Source of the DNA: a virus
Strand: one strand, 5' to 3'
Virus record (IMG/VR): IMGVR_UViG_3300028840_003311
Length of the DNA: 53,982 nucleotides
Shown here piece by piece: positions 43,148-52,022 of this stretch. A program made the translations under genes and the position numbers. Within the stretch, counting starts at the first letter, position 1; the number at the start of each line of letters is the position of its first letter. The notes below the pieces were generated by a model. It did no database searches, was not told the origin of the DNA, and saw only the letters and a list, made by a program, of their open reading frames with translations.

Positions 43148-44055
43148 ACGTGTCAGGCTGGGAGCCGCCCGCACAAGGATGGCCCAACTATTTCAAGGTT
43201 GAAAGCGTAGCAGGCTGTAACCTGTGGTGTTCCTTCTGCGGCATTCACGCGACTGGGTGGCCGCGGAACACGGTCGTGGGCGAAATGTCGCTGCCCCTGG
43301 CCAAGGCCATCGCCCTGCACATTCGCGGGATGCGGTCGCATCCACGCATTGACTTACAGATCCGCGGCGAACCACTGATGCATTCAGACCTTCCGGGCCT
43401 CATTCGCACCTTCCGCTATTTCATACCACGGGCGTCTCTGATGGTGGCCACAAATGGGCTGCTGCTGACAAGGGACCTCGGCGTGGCCCTGTTCAAGGCT
43501 GGGCTTACCACGCTTTTAGTGGAGCTCTATCGGCCCATCCGGGAACAGGTACGCGCGCTCAATCTGCCCGCAGAAGAACACGACTACCCAGGCGATTTCA
43601 GCCCTTGGCTATACCACACGGGCCGCCACATTGTCTATATGCCCTCCATAGGGGAGGGCAGCGCGGGCGGGCTGGCCCAAACGAGGCGGCTGACCAATCA
43701 CGCCGGAAATGCGGTCAAGGGCAGCGGACCATTGGCCGCCCCACTAGACAGCCCCTGTGCACATCCGTTCAGGGAACTGTCCATTTTCTATGACGGCCTT
43801 GTCCCCTTGTGTTGCAACGACTGGCGGGAGCAGGCTATCATAGGGCGTTTCCCGGACGACGGCGCCCTGGCGACCATCTGGCGTTCGGCCTGCTACAGCC
43901 ATGCGCGGGCGTTCTTGCGCGTGGGGAAAAGGGCCAGCTTGGCGCCCTGCGACGTCTGCGATGTCAAAACGACCAGAAACGGCCTGCTGCCCAGGGCGTC
44001 TACGCCGGACGCATTGGCCTTGGCTACCTGCGGCCTGGCGGCCAAGGAGGTGTAA
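43144..44055 (+). CDS. Radical SAM enzyme with SPASM/twitch-like C-terminal Cys cluster
   Basis: CX3CX2C motif C-NLW-C-SF-C. C-terminal CAHPF...LCCNDW...CDVCDV. ATGA overlap with the upstream gene. Confidence 0.7.
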   Translation: MNVSGWEPPAQGWPNYFKVESVAGCNLWCSFCGIHATGWPRNTVVGEMSLPLAKAIALHIRGMRSHPRIDLQIRGEPLMHSDLPGLIRTFRYFIPRASLMVATNGLLLTRDLGVALFKAGLTTLLVELYRPIREQVRALNLPAEEHDYPGDFSPWLYHTGRHIVYMPSIGEGSAGGLAQTRRLTNHAGNAVKGSGPLAAPLDSPCAHPFRELSIFYDGLVPLCCNDWREQAIIGRFPDDGALATIWRSACYSHARAFLRVGKRASLAPCDVCDVKTTRNGLLPRASTPDALALATCGLAAKEV

Positions 44056-44056
44056 C

Positions 44057-44818
44057 GTGGAGTATCTTGTTTGCGTGATTTCAAGCGGGCGCGCGGAGGC
44101 TATACGCGGCCTGACCTTGGGCTTGTTCCCTGATGCGCCGGTCGTGGTCCCCCCGGAGCAGGTCGCTGACTACGAGGCGGCGGGCTGCACGGCCATCCCC
44201 CAAAGTGGACGCGGTGTCTCTAACGCGCGGAACACTGTCTTGGACACGTTTGTGGGGGACCATAACGTCCTGATGCTTGATGATGACGTTCGCGCCCTGG
44301 GCCATTTCACCACGAAAAACAACAAGGACAAGGTCGTGTGGGATACGCCAGAGATGCGACAAGAGCGCCTGGGCCAGCTATTTGACGCCTTGGATCGGGC
44401 GCGCGGATGGGCCTTTTCCGGCGCGCCTACCACAAACGCATTCTACTACAATCCTCGCAGGCCTACCGCCACAAACCTGTTCTTGATCGGGACGTTCTCC
44501 GGATACCGCAAGGGCTGCCCGGTGCGCTATGACGAGACGCTCCCCCTCAAGGAGGACTACGACTTCACGGTCAAGGTGTGGAAAGCCTGCGGCCTGGCCC
44601 TGCGGTTCAATAACGTGTGGTGTGACGCCATCCACTATAGTAACGCGGGCGGATGTGTAGCTTACCGGGACGATGCTACGGAGGCCCAGGCCATCGCCAT
44701 CCTGAGAGAGCGTTACCCAAACTGGATCAAGCCTCACCCCACGCGCGGCGAAAACGAGGTCGTCCTAAAACTGCCGGACTATCGGGCGATGCTGGCAAGG
44801 GCCAAGAAGAAGGGCTGA
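44057..44818 (+). CDS. GT-A-like glycosyltransferase (third, divergent)
   Basis: GTG after AAGGAGG. LVCVISSGRAEAI (analogous to IPSKGR) and the MLDDDV DxD-type motif. Confidence 0.45.
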   Translation: MEYLVCVISSGRAEAIRGLTLGLFPDAPVVVPPEQVADYEAAGCTAIPQSGRGVSNARNTVLDTFVGDHNVLMLDDDVRALGHFTTKNNKDKVVWDTPEMRQERLGQLFDALDRARGWAFSGAPTTNAFYYNPRRPTATNLFLIGTFSGYRKGCPVRYDETLPLKEDYDFTVKVWKACGLALRFNNVWCDAIHYSNAGGCVAYRDDATEAQAIAILRERYPNWIKPHPTRGENEVVLKLPDYRAMLARAKKKG

Positions 44819-44821
44819 GCG

Positions 44822-45205
44822 GTGGCCAAGGTATCAGGCGACAAAAAACAGACGCGGGCCAGCCCACTGACCGTAGAACGCCGGGTGCATATGGTCTTGG
44901 TTATGATGTATGAGGGCTGGGACTCGTCGGCCATAGTTCCCAGGATTTCCGAGTTGTGGGACATCGGGGAGCGACAGGCGCGAAACTACATAAAAAAAGC
45001 CCTGGCCAGGAAGCAAGAGCTATCAAAGGAAATAGAGGCGTCGGCACTAGCGGACGCCATCGGCGCGCGTCGCGCCCTGCGGAGAGCATCGCAAGATGAA
45101 GCGTTCAAGTTGGAGGTCCTGCAAGACGAGGCGCGCTTGCTGGGCCTCTACGATAGGGAGGGCGCGGGCCAGGTGGCCGGTGTGCTCATAAGGATGGACG
45201 TGTAG
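44822..45205 (+). CDS. terS: Small terminase subunit candidate
   Basis: 127-aa HTH-like, coiled-coil protein immediately upstream of the large terminase. Confidence 0.5.
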   Translation: MAKVSGDKKQTRASPLTVERRVHMVLVMMYEGWDSSAIVPRISELWDIGERQARNYIKKALARKQELSKEIEASALADAIGARRALRRASQDEAFKLEVLQDEARLLGLYDREGAGQVAGVLIRMDV

Positions 45206-45379
45206 TATGGCGATGGAGGTGGGCGGCATCTGTGGGACCAGGTGGCTTGGTGGGCCAAGGGCCAGCACTCAACCCGTGTGCTCTTGGCGTCCCGACCTTG
45301 GCCTGGCGAGGGCGGCCTGGGCGGCCTGCGACGTGGCCCTGCCAGCCACGAAGGCGCGGGCCTTGTCTGGAGGGTGGGC

Positions 45380-46792
45380 GTGGTAGTCCGGGCGGCTCAG
45401 CCAGAGGTGGCCTTTTCAGACCTTTGCCAATTCACCAAAAAACAGATGGCGGCCTGCGAGGCAGCGGACACCCACCTCTACACCTTGTACGGCGGCAGCC
45501 GTGGGCCTGGGAAGAGCTACTGGCTACGGTGGTATCTGATACGGCGTTTGTTGCAATGGGCGGGCACAGGGCACCGCGGCGTCCGGGTGGGCCTGTTCTG
45601 CGAGGACTACCCGAGCTTGACAGACCGGCAGATCTCAAAGATGGCCGAGTTTCCGCCCTGGCTTGGGCGGCTCCGGTCGACGCGCACAGACGGCCTGGGT
45701 TTCTATCTACACGAGTGCTACGGCGGTGGCGGCATCCTGCTGAGAAACCTGGACGACCCAACTAAGTACCAGTCTGTGGAGTTCGCGGGCCTGGCCATAG
45801 ACGAACTGACCAAGGATCCAGAGAGCGTGTTCGACATTCTCCGCGGCAGCTTGAGGTGGCCAGGTGTCACGGACCCATTCTTTGCCGCGGCCACAAACCC
45901 AAACGGGCGCTACTTCAAGTGGGTACGGCGGTATTGGATCGAGCGGGATCTGCCGGAGAATCTGGCCGGATGCGAGGATGACTTTGTCTATGTGGCCGCC
46001 CTGCCCGCGGACAATCCATACCTTGACGCAGGCTACTGGGCTATGCTCAACACGTTACCCAAGGCCCTGCGGCAGGCCTGGGTGGATGGGGACTGGTACG
46101 TGGGCGTGGATGGCTTGGTCTACGCCACATTCGGGAGCGGCAACGTGACGACCATTGACTATGATCCGGAGCGGCCTTTTGAACTGGGCGTTGATGATGG
46201 CTACGTGGACCCGCGCGCGGTCGTGTTCATCCAGAAGCAGGGCGCCCACGTCGTTGTCTTTGACGAGATCTACGAAAGCTACAAGCTGGAAGAGGAAACG
46301 GTAAGGGGCGTGTTGGCCAAGTGTTACAACTACAGCCCGTGGGCAGCCATTGATCCGCGGGCGCGGACCCGGGGGAAAAAGGACCCGTTCCCGGATGACG
46401 TGGACAAGAACACAGACCTGGCCAGGTGGCTACGTGAACGTAGCGTGAGGCTGCCCGAAATGGCAGCGGTGGCCCACGAAGCGGCAGCGCTGCGTAAACG
46501 GTTCCGCCAGGCGGACATTCCCGCGCGCAACTGGATGGCTAGGAAGGCGGGCGGAGGTGGCTCAACGCGCGCGGCGGCCATCCGAGAAACAAGGGCCTTG
46601 ATCTTGGATGGCCAGCGGAGGCGGACCCTGCTAGTACATCGGCGGTGCAAGAATCTGCTGGACGAGCTCCAAACGGGCTACAAAAACCGGGAGACGCGCG
46701 ACGGGTTTGTGGATGAGCCAGCGGACGGAAACGACCACGCTGCTCAAGCGGTAGAGAATTGGGTATGGCTCAGAGGAAGGGCGGGAGCATGA
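45380..46792 (+). CDS. terL: Large terminase subunit
   Basis: Walker A GGSRGPGKS and Walker B GLAIDEL, with a C-terminal nuclease-like half. The start is uncertain: GTG 45380 after GGAGGG, ATG 45446, or the track start 45242. Confidence 0.85.
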   Translation: MVVRAAQPEVAFSDLCQFTKKQMAACEAADTHLYTLYGGSRGPGKSYWLRWYLIRRLLQWAGTGHRGVRVGLFCEDYPSLTDRQISKMAEFPPWLGRLRSTRTDGLGFYLHECYGGGGILLRNLDDPTKYQSVEFAGLAIDELTKDPESVFDILRGSLRWPGVTDPFFAAATNPNGRYFKWVRRYWIERDLPENLAGCEDDFVYVAALPADNPYLDAGYWAMLNTLPKALRQAWVDGDWYVGVDGLVYATFGSGNVTTIDYDPERPFELGVDDGYVDPRAVVFIQKQGAHVVVFDEIYESYKLEEETVRGVLAKCYNYSPWAAIDPRARTRGKKDPFPDDVDKNTDLARWLRERSVRLPEMAAVAHEAAALRKRFRQADIPARNWMARKAGGGGSTRAAAIRETRALILDGQRRRTLLVHRRCKNLLDELQTGYKNRETRDGFVDEPADGNDHAAQAVENWVWLRGRAGA

Positions 46793-49050
46793 CGACAATC
46801 GCAGACCGTGCACGGGCGGCCTTGGCGGCCTGGCGGGCAGGTGGCCAGCCCGCCAAGGCCATCAGCCATCATCCTGAGTTGACCGGGCGCGAACACGTCT
46901 ACAGTTCTGGCGGCGGGCTGACCTTTGAGCAGCAGGTGGCGGGCGACTTTGACAGCTATGCCAAGGTGTACGAGATCTACGCCTGGATAAGGAAGGCTGT
47001 ACTCAAGTATGCGGAAGCCATCGCGCCCTTGCCGGTCCGCGTAGTGGACGCGGACGGGATGGCCCTTTTGGCTCACCCAGTCACCGAGTTGCTGGACAGC
47101 GTCAACCCGGACCACACGCCGATTGACCTGTGGGAGGCCTATTGTGTTCAAAAGCTCTTGGGCGGCGAAGTGTTCCTGGAGATAGTCGATGACGCGCGCG
47201 GGCGGCCTGTGGAGTTGTGGAACAGACGCCCCGACCTAGTGGACGTGGTGCCTGATGAGACAACACCGGATTACCCCATAGTGGCCGGATACGTCTATGG
47301 GGAGCGGGAGCTTCCCGCCAGTTCAATCATTCATGACAAGTTTTACAATCCTCGAAACCCTTGGCGCGGCCTGGCGCCTGTGACGGCAGCACGTCACGGC
47401 ATCATCATCGACATGTACGCCCAGGCATGGTCACGCAATTTCTTGCGGAGCGGCGCGCGGCCAGACTACGGCCTGGTTGCCCCGGAGGGCCTTACCGAGA
47501 CGGAGCGTCAGGAGTATTTACAGACGCTGGCAGACAACTACAGCGGAATAGAAAACGCCCACAAGCCCATCATCTTGGAAAACGGCGTGACGGACATCAA
47601 GACATTCTCCTGGGCGCCCGTGGACATCCAATGGCTGGAACAGCGCAAAACCAGCAGAGTAGAGGTGGCCGGTGTGTTCGGCGTCCCCCCTGAGATTATG
47701 GGATGGGGGGAGGCCAATACGTACGAGAACATGGACCAGGCCCATCGGTGGTTCTGGCGCTTGACGCTCCTTCCCTTTGTCGGCGCTAGGGACACGGGCT
47801 TGACATCCTTCTTTCGGCGGAGGCGGCCAATGTTGGCGCCGGGGGAACGGGTGGCCACTGACCTGGGCCAGGTAACCGCTCTGCAGGAGGACATTTCTAC
47901 GAAGGCGGAGGCCGCCCGGATATACTGGGCGATGGGCGTCCCCTGGAACACAGTGGACGAGCGAATGGGCCTAGGGTTTGGAGAGGTCCCAGGCGGGGAC
48001 ACTGGCTTTGTACCCGTGGGGATGGTGCCTGTGGTGGCTGCCGCTGAGCGCCAAGTGGCGGATTTTGGGAGCGCGGGCGGAACTCAAATTCCCACAGAGC
48101 CGCCAGGAGAGCGAGGAAACGACCTGCTCAGCGTGGGCCAGGCCGCCCAGGTGGCGCGAATCGCGGCCGAGGTTCTCCGCGTGGGCCAGGCCGCCCAGGT
48201 GGCCAGGCTGCCGGCGACCGTAAAGGCCGGGGTCCCAGCCTATGGAAGCCCACGCCACAAGGCCCTCTGGAAAGCCATCCAGGCCGTTAGCATGCCATTC
48301 GAGCGGAGGATGGCCAAGCGTCTAGCCACTGACTTTGGCAAGCAACGGGATGACATCGCGGATGCCCTGGCCGAGTATATGGCGCCCACAAAGGCGACCC
48401 AGCAAGAGCCAAGGATACCAGATACCGCGTCCCAGTTTTTCGACCTGGCGGCCTGGGTGACGTTCTTTGAGACAGCCTATGAGCCACTATTCACGGACAT
48501 GACGCGGGCGGCAGGTGCGGACGCCCTGGCTACCCTGGGCAGCGACATTCTTTTCGACTTGAGCCGCCCGCACATCTCCCAAGCCATCCAGACGATGAAG
48601 CTCAAGTTCGCGGAGGACATCAACGGGACGACCTTGGAGATGCTTGACGTGGCCCTGCGGAAATTGCTCACCGAGGCCGCGGAAAACGGGTGGGGATCGT
48701 TCAAGATTCAAGAGGAACTGGGGAAGCGGACCAACGATGTATTCGGGCTGCGGACCGAGCTATGGCAGCGCGAGCGGATTGCTAGAACCGAGATGGGCAA
48801 GGCGCGGTCCCTGGGGCGCCATCAGGGCGCCATTCAGTCCGGGCTGGACTTGCTCAAGGGCTGGCTTGCCGCCCTGGACGAAAGGACGCGTACCAGTCAC
48901 CGAAACGCCCATGATCGCTACATGGACCAGCCCATCGCGCTGGACGCCCTATTTCAGGTAGGAGATGACCGGATGGTTTCGCCTCGGACCGGCAGCGACG
49001 CAAAGGAAAACATTAATTGCCGGTGCGCCGAGTGGTGGATACCACAATAG
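46789..49050 (+). CDS. Portal protein fused to a Mu F/SPP1 gp7-like head morphogenesis domain
   Basis: The ATG overlaps the terL stop (ATGA). Portal-like core (VFGVPPEIMGW). C-terminal ERIARTEMG...TSHRNAHD...NCRC is typical of the Mu F domain. Confidence 0.8.
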   Translation: MTTIADRARAALAAWRAGGQPAKAISHHPELTGREHVYSSGGGLTFEQQVAGDFDSYAKVYEIYAWIRKAVLKYAEAIAPLPVRVVDADGMALLAHPVTELLDSVNPDHTPIDLWEAYCVQKLLGGEVFLEIVDDARGRPVELWNRRPDLVDVVPDETTPDYPIVAGYVYGERELPASSIIHDKFYNPRNPWRGLAPVTAARHGIIIDMYAQAWSRNFLRSGARPDYGLVAPEGLTETERQEYLQTLADNYSGIENAHKPIILENGVTDIKTFSWAPVDIQWLEQRKTSRVEVAGVFGVPPEIMGWGEANTYENMDQAHRWFWRLTLLPFVGARDTGLTSFFRRRRPMLAPGERVATDLGQVTALQEDISTKAEAARIYWAMGVPWNTVDERMGLGFGEVPGGDTGFVPVGMVPVVAAAERQVADFGSAGGTQIPTEPPGERGNDLLSVGQAAQVARIAAEVLRVGQAAQVARLPATVKAGVPAYGSPRHKALWKAIQAVSMPFERRMAKRLATDFGKQRDDIADALAEYMAPTKATQQEPRIPDTASQFFDLAAWVTFFETAYEPLFTDMTRAAGADALATLGSDILFDLSRPHISQAIQTMKLKFAEDINGTTLEMLDVALRKLLTEAAENGWGSFKIQEELGKRTNDVFGLRTELWQRERIARTEMGKARSLGRHQGAIQSGLDLLKGWLAALDERTRTSHRNAHDRYMDQPIALDALFQVGDDRMVSPRTGSDAKENINCRCAEWWIPQ

Positions 49051-49081
49051 GCCAGGCGGTGGCCAGGCCAGGAGAACAAAC

Positions 49082-50533
49082 ATGAAGCGAGCAATTCAGA
49101 CTACAGACGTTTTGCACAAGGAGTTTCCCGCCGTGGTAGGCAACGATGGGCGCGTCACCGTCTCTACGCCCAGTCTGGACCGGCACGGCGACCGCGTTCT
49201 TGGTCAGGGGCTGGACGTGTCTGCTTACCTCAACAACCCGGTCCTTCTGTGGGGCCACAATAGCCAAGAGCCCTACGCGGTCATTGGCCAGGCTCAAGGC
49301 GTGGAGGTTGACGCCAGCGGGATGTCGCTTTTGCCTGTATGGCGCGAGGCGGCCAACGACGCGGACCCGATGAATATCGTCCGCCTCCTGTGGGACAGCG
49401 GGATGGTCCGGGCCTTTTCGATCGGGTTTCTGCCCAAGTCCTGGGAGGAAAACGAAGAGGGCGGGTTTGACTTCACGCGGGCGGAGATCCTAGAAGTCAG
49501 CCTGGTCCCGGTCCCGGCGAACGCGGAAGCCCTGCGGGCGGCGGCCTTGGGCCTGGGTGGCGGGCGTTCGGACGGAACGCCCACGGGCTGGCAGGCTCAG
49601 CCGCTCCTTGGCCCACGAACACCCCAGGGGGCCACGCTCAGTAGCGACGATAGAGGGAGCCTTTTGTGGGACAATGTGCTGGGCACGGACACGCTTGGGC
49701 TTGGGCCTTACTCGGAGGCATTCGGGCCATCATCGACCACAGAGGGCCAGCCCACCATCAGCGTCCCGCCCAAAAGCGGAGCGACCAGGCACTCTGAAAC
49801 ACTGAGCGTCATCATAGGCGAAAAAGACCAAAGGGAAGCCGGGGGCGAACATGGCGATTCGCTAAGGGCCTGGATTAGGCGCCTTGTGGTCGACACGAAC
49901 ACAGGCCGCCAGGCGCTATTTGCTTGCTTTTCGCTCAGCCGGGTGGACATCCCGGAGGACGCCACTGCGCTGGACTGCGACGACGAAGGGGAACTAGTAG
50001 AGGTCCCCCATCCGGACGCGGGCCAAACGGTGGAGTGGGTGGACTGCTTCTTTGTGCCGCCCCTGGCCTACCATAGCGAGAAATGGGGCGACGATGCTAC
50101 CTATTGCGTGGGCAGCAGGAGCAAGCCGGATGACGCCATAGTGGCGGGACACGATGACTGGGAGGTCGTGGAGATGGGCGAGATACTGGCCAGCATCAAG
50201 GCCAGCCCACCGACAGGCCAGGGGGCCAGCGTAGGCCTGTCTGATGCGGAACGGCGACAAGCGTTTTTGAATAGCCTGCTGAGGGAGGACAGCCTGGGCC
50301 TGGGCGGCCTGGGCCTCTGCCAGCTAACGAGACGCGGTGTTACCCTCGCGCGGTCATTGATTGCGCGACGGACAACGGCCTGGGCGGGCGACCAGGGCGG
50401 CGACAGCACGGGGAAGGAGCTCGACGCATCCTCGGCGGAAGCTGCTCAGCGCCTACTACAGGCCCTACAGGAAATGACGGAGCAACTACGCGGGCGCGTG
50501 GCGCCCCACATAGGAGGACAATCCGATGGGTGA
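49082..50533 (+). CDS. HK97-type prohead serine protease with about 300-aa C-terminal extension
   Basis: ATG after AGGAGAA. LLWGHN (His) and FSIGF (Ser) motifs fall within the first ~150 aa. The rest is unassigned. Confidence 0.75.
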   Translation: MKRAIQTTDVLHKEFPAVVGNDGRVTVSTPSLDRHGDRVLGQGLDVSAYLNNPVLLWGHNSQEPYAVIGQAQGVEVDASGMSLLPVWREAANDADPMNIVRLLWDSGMVRAFSIGFLPKSWEENEEGGFDFTRAEILEVSLVPVPANAEALRAAALGLGGGRSDGTPTGWQAQPLLGPRTPQGATLSSDDRGSLLWDNVLGTDTLGLGPYSEAFGPSSTTEGQPTISVPPKSGATRHSETLSVIIGEKDQREAGGEHGDSLRAWIRRLVVDTNTGRQALFACFSLSRVDIPEDATALDCDDEGELVEVPHPDAGQTVEWVDCFFVPPLAYHSEKWGDDATYCVGSRSKPDDAIVAGHDDWEVVEMGEILASIKASPPTGQGASVGLSDAERRQAFLNSLLREDSLGLGGLGLCQLTRRGVTLARSLIARRTTAWAGDQGGDSTGKELDASSAEAAQRLLQALQEMTEQLRGRVAPHIGGQSDG

Positions 50534-51959
50534 TGAATTGCGCGAAGTGACGATGGACGATGTCTTGCAGAGCGTCCAAGAATTGACGACCTACCTCCGG
50601 GAGAACAAGGGCGAGGCGACCGTGGACTGGGAGCGCGTCAAGGTCTTGTTTGAAGGCGAGATCCGGGAGATGGTCCAGATCCAGGTCACGGAACAGATGG
50701 CCAAGCAGCCGGTACGCGGAACGCCGGTTGGGCCTTACGTGGCGGGCCGCGCGGACGTGCAGGGCCTGCTGAAAAACAACCGCTACGCCAGGAACGTGCG
50801 CCACATGCTTGTAGACGGCTACGCGCGTGACGGTGGCCAGATCATCAAGCCCGTGGACTTGTGCCTGGCCCAGGTGATGCTGGACGCTCAGATGCGGGCG
50901 AAAATGCTGGGCCATCGGGCAGACGGCGACGAGCACGCGGCTAACCCTTCCGACGACCTGACCAGGGCCATCAAGGCGCTGACCAGCACGGGGACAGGAA
51001 CGGGCGACGAGGTGGTCCCGGAGGACTTGGCGGCTACCCTGTGGGAGGACGTGCATCTGGCCAGTCAGATCAGCGGCCTGATGGTCAACGTCCCGATGCC
51101 CACAGATCCGTTCAATGTGCCCCTGGGCCTGGGGGATCCCACATGGCGCAAGGGGACCGAGACGATCAGTACGACGGTATCCAACCTGAGCACGGCCAAG
51201 TCCACGCTGACCAGCACCGAGCAGGTCACCGAACAGACGTGGAGCTACACGCTGACCGAGGATGCAGCCATCGCGATGGCGCCAGCTATGCGGGCCGCCC
51301 TGGCTCGGTCGGGCGCGGAACAGATCGACTACTTTGCTATCAACGCCGACGCGACCAGTGCCGCGACCGGCAATATCAACAGCGACGACGCGGCGCCAGC
51401 CGATGACGCCAGCTTCTTGTCCGATGGGCAAGACGGCTTGCGCCATCAATGGCTTGTGGACAACACGAACATGAGCATCAACGCGGGCGGGGACGCCCTG
51501 GCCGATGCGGACATTCTCAACGTGATGTCCGCGATGGGCAAGTATGCGGTGGACCCGAATCGCTGCTCCATCGTGACGGACATCTGGACCTACCTGAAAA
51601 ACTTCCTGGACCTGGACAACGTCATCGGGATCGACAAGTTTGGGCCGAACACGCCCATTATCTCGGGCCAGCTTGCTGCTTACCGCGGCTTCCCCATCGT
51701 TATCTCGGCCAGCCATGGCAAGGCGGAGGCGGACGGCAAAATCAGCGCGACGGCGGCCAGCAATACGCTTGGATCGGCCACGTTCTGGAACCGTGACATG
51801 TGGTACATGGGTTTCCGGCGTCAGGTCTTGGTCGAGGCGGACCGGGACATCCGGCGACGGATGTACATTCTTGTGACGTCTTTCCGGGAAGCCGTGGGCG
51901 CCCACGGGACGCGGTCGAGCAATACGCACACGGGCGGCATTCGCAATATCTTGCTCTAA
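50526..51959 (+). CDS. Major capsid protein (HK97 fold) with N-terminal delta-like helical region
   Basis: ATG after AGGAGGA overlapping the protease stop. TGTGTGDEVVPEDLAATLWE is typical of HK97-family capsid proteins. Confidence 0.8.
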   Translation: MGDELREVTMDDVLQSVQELTTYLRENKGEATVDWERVKVLFEGEIREMVQIQVTEQMAKQPVRGTPVGPYVAGRADVQGLLKNNRYARNVRHMLVDGYARDGGQIIKPVDLCLAQVMLDAQMRAKMLGHRADGDEHAANPSDDLTRAIKALTSTGTGTGDEVVPEDLAATLWEDVHLASQISGLMVNVPMPTDPFNVPLGLGDPTWRKGTETISTTVSNLSTAKSTLTSTEQVTEQTWSYTLTEDAAIAMAPAMRAALARSGAEQIDYFAINADATSAATGNINSDDAAPADDASFLSDGQDGLRHQWLVDNTNMSINAGGDALADADILNVMSAMGKYAVDPNRCSIVTDIWTYLKNFLDLDNVIGIDKFGPNTPIISGQLAAYRGFPIVISASHGKAEADGKISATAASNTLGSATFWNRDMWYMGFRRQVLVEADRDIRRRMYILVTSFREAVGAHGTRSSNTHTGGIRNILL

Positions 51960-52022
51960 CGCCCAAGGGCGCCATAGTTATCGGCGGGCGGCCTGGGCGT
52001 CCGCCCCACAGGAGGACGACCT

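Noticed and set aside
45242-45379. GTG 45242 as the large-terminase start
   Set aside because: The first ~45 residues (MAWWAKGQHSTRVLLASRPWPGEGGLGGLRRGPASHEGAG...) look non-coding. GGAGGG-N6-GTG at 45380 is a better initiation context. The start remains uncertain.
50340-51929. 529-aa ORF on the - strand
   Set aside because: It is antisense to the major capsid gene, which has clear HK97-type motifs, an AGGAGGA RBS and coupling to the protease gene. The translation is Arg/Pro/His-rich junk.
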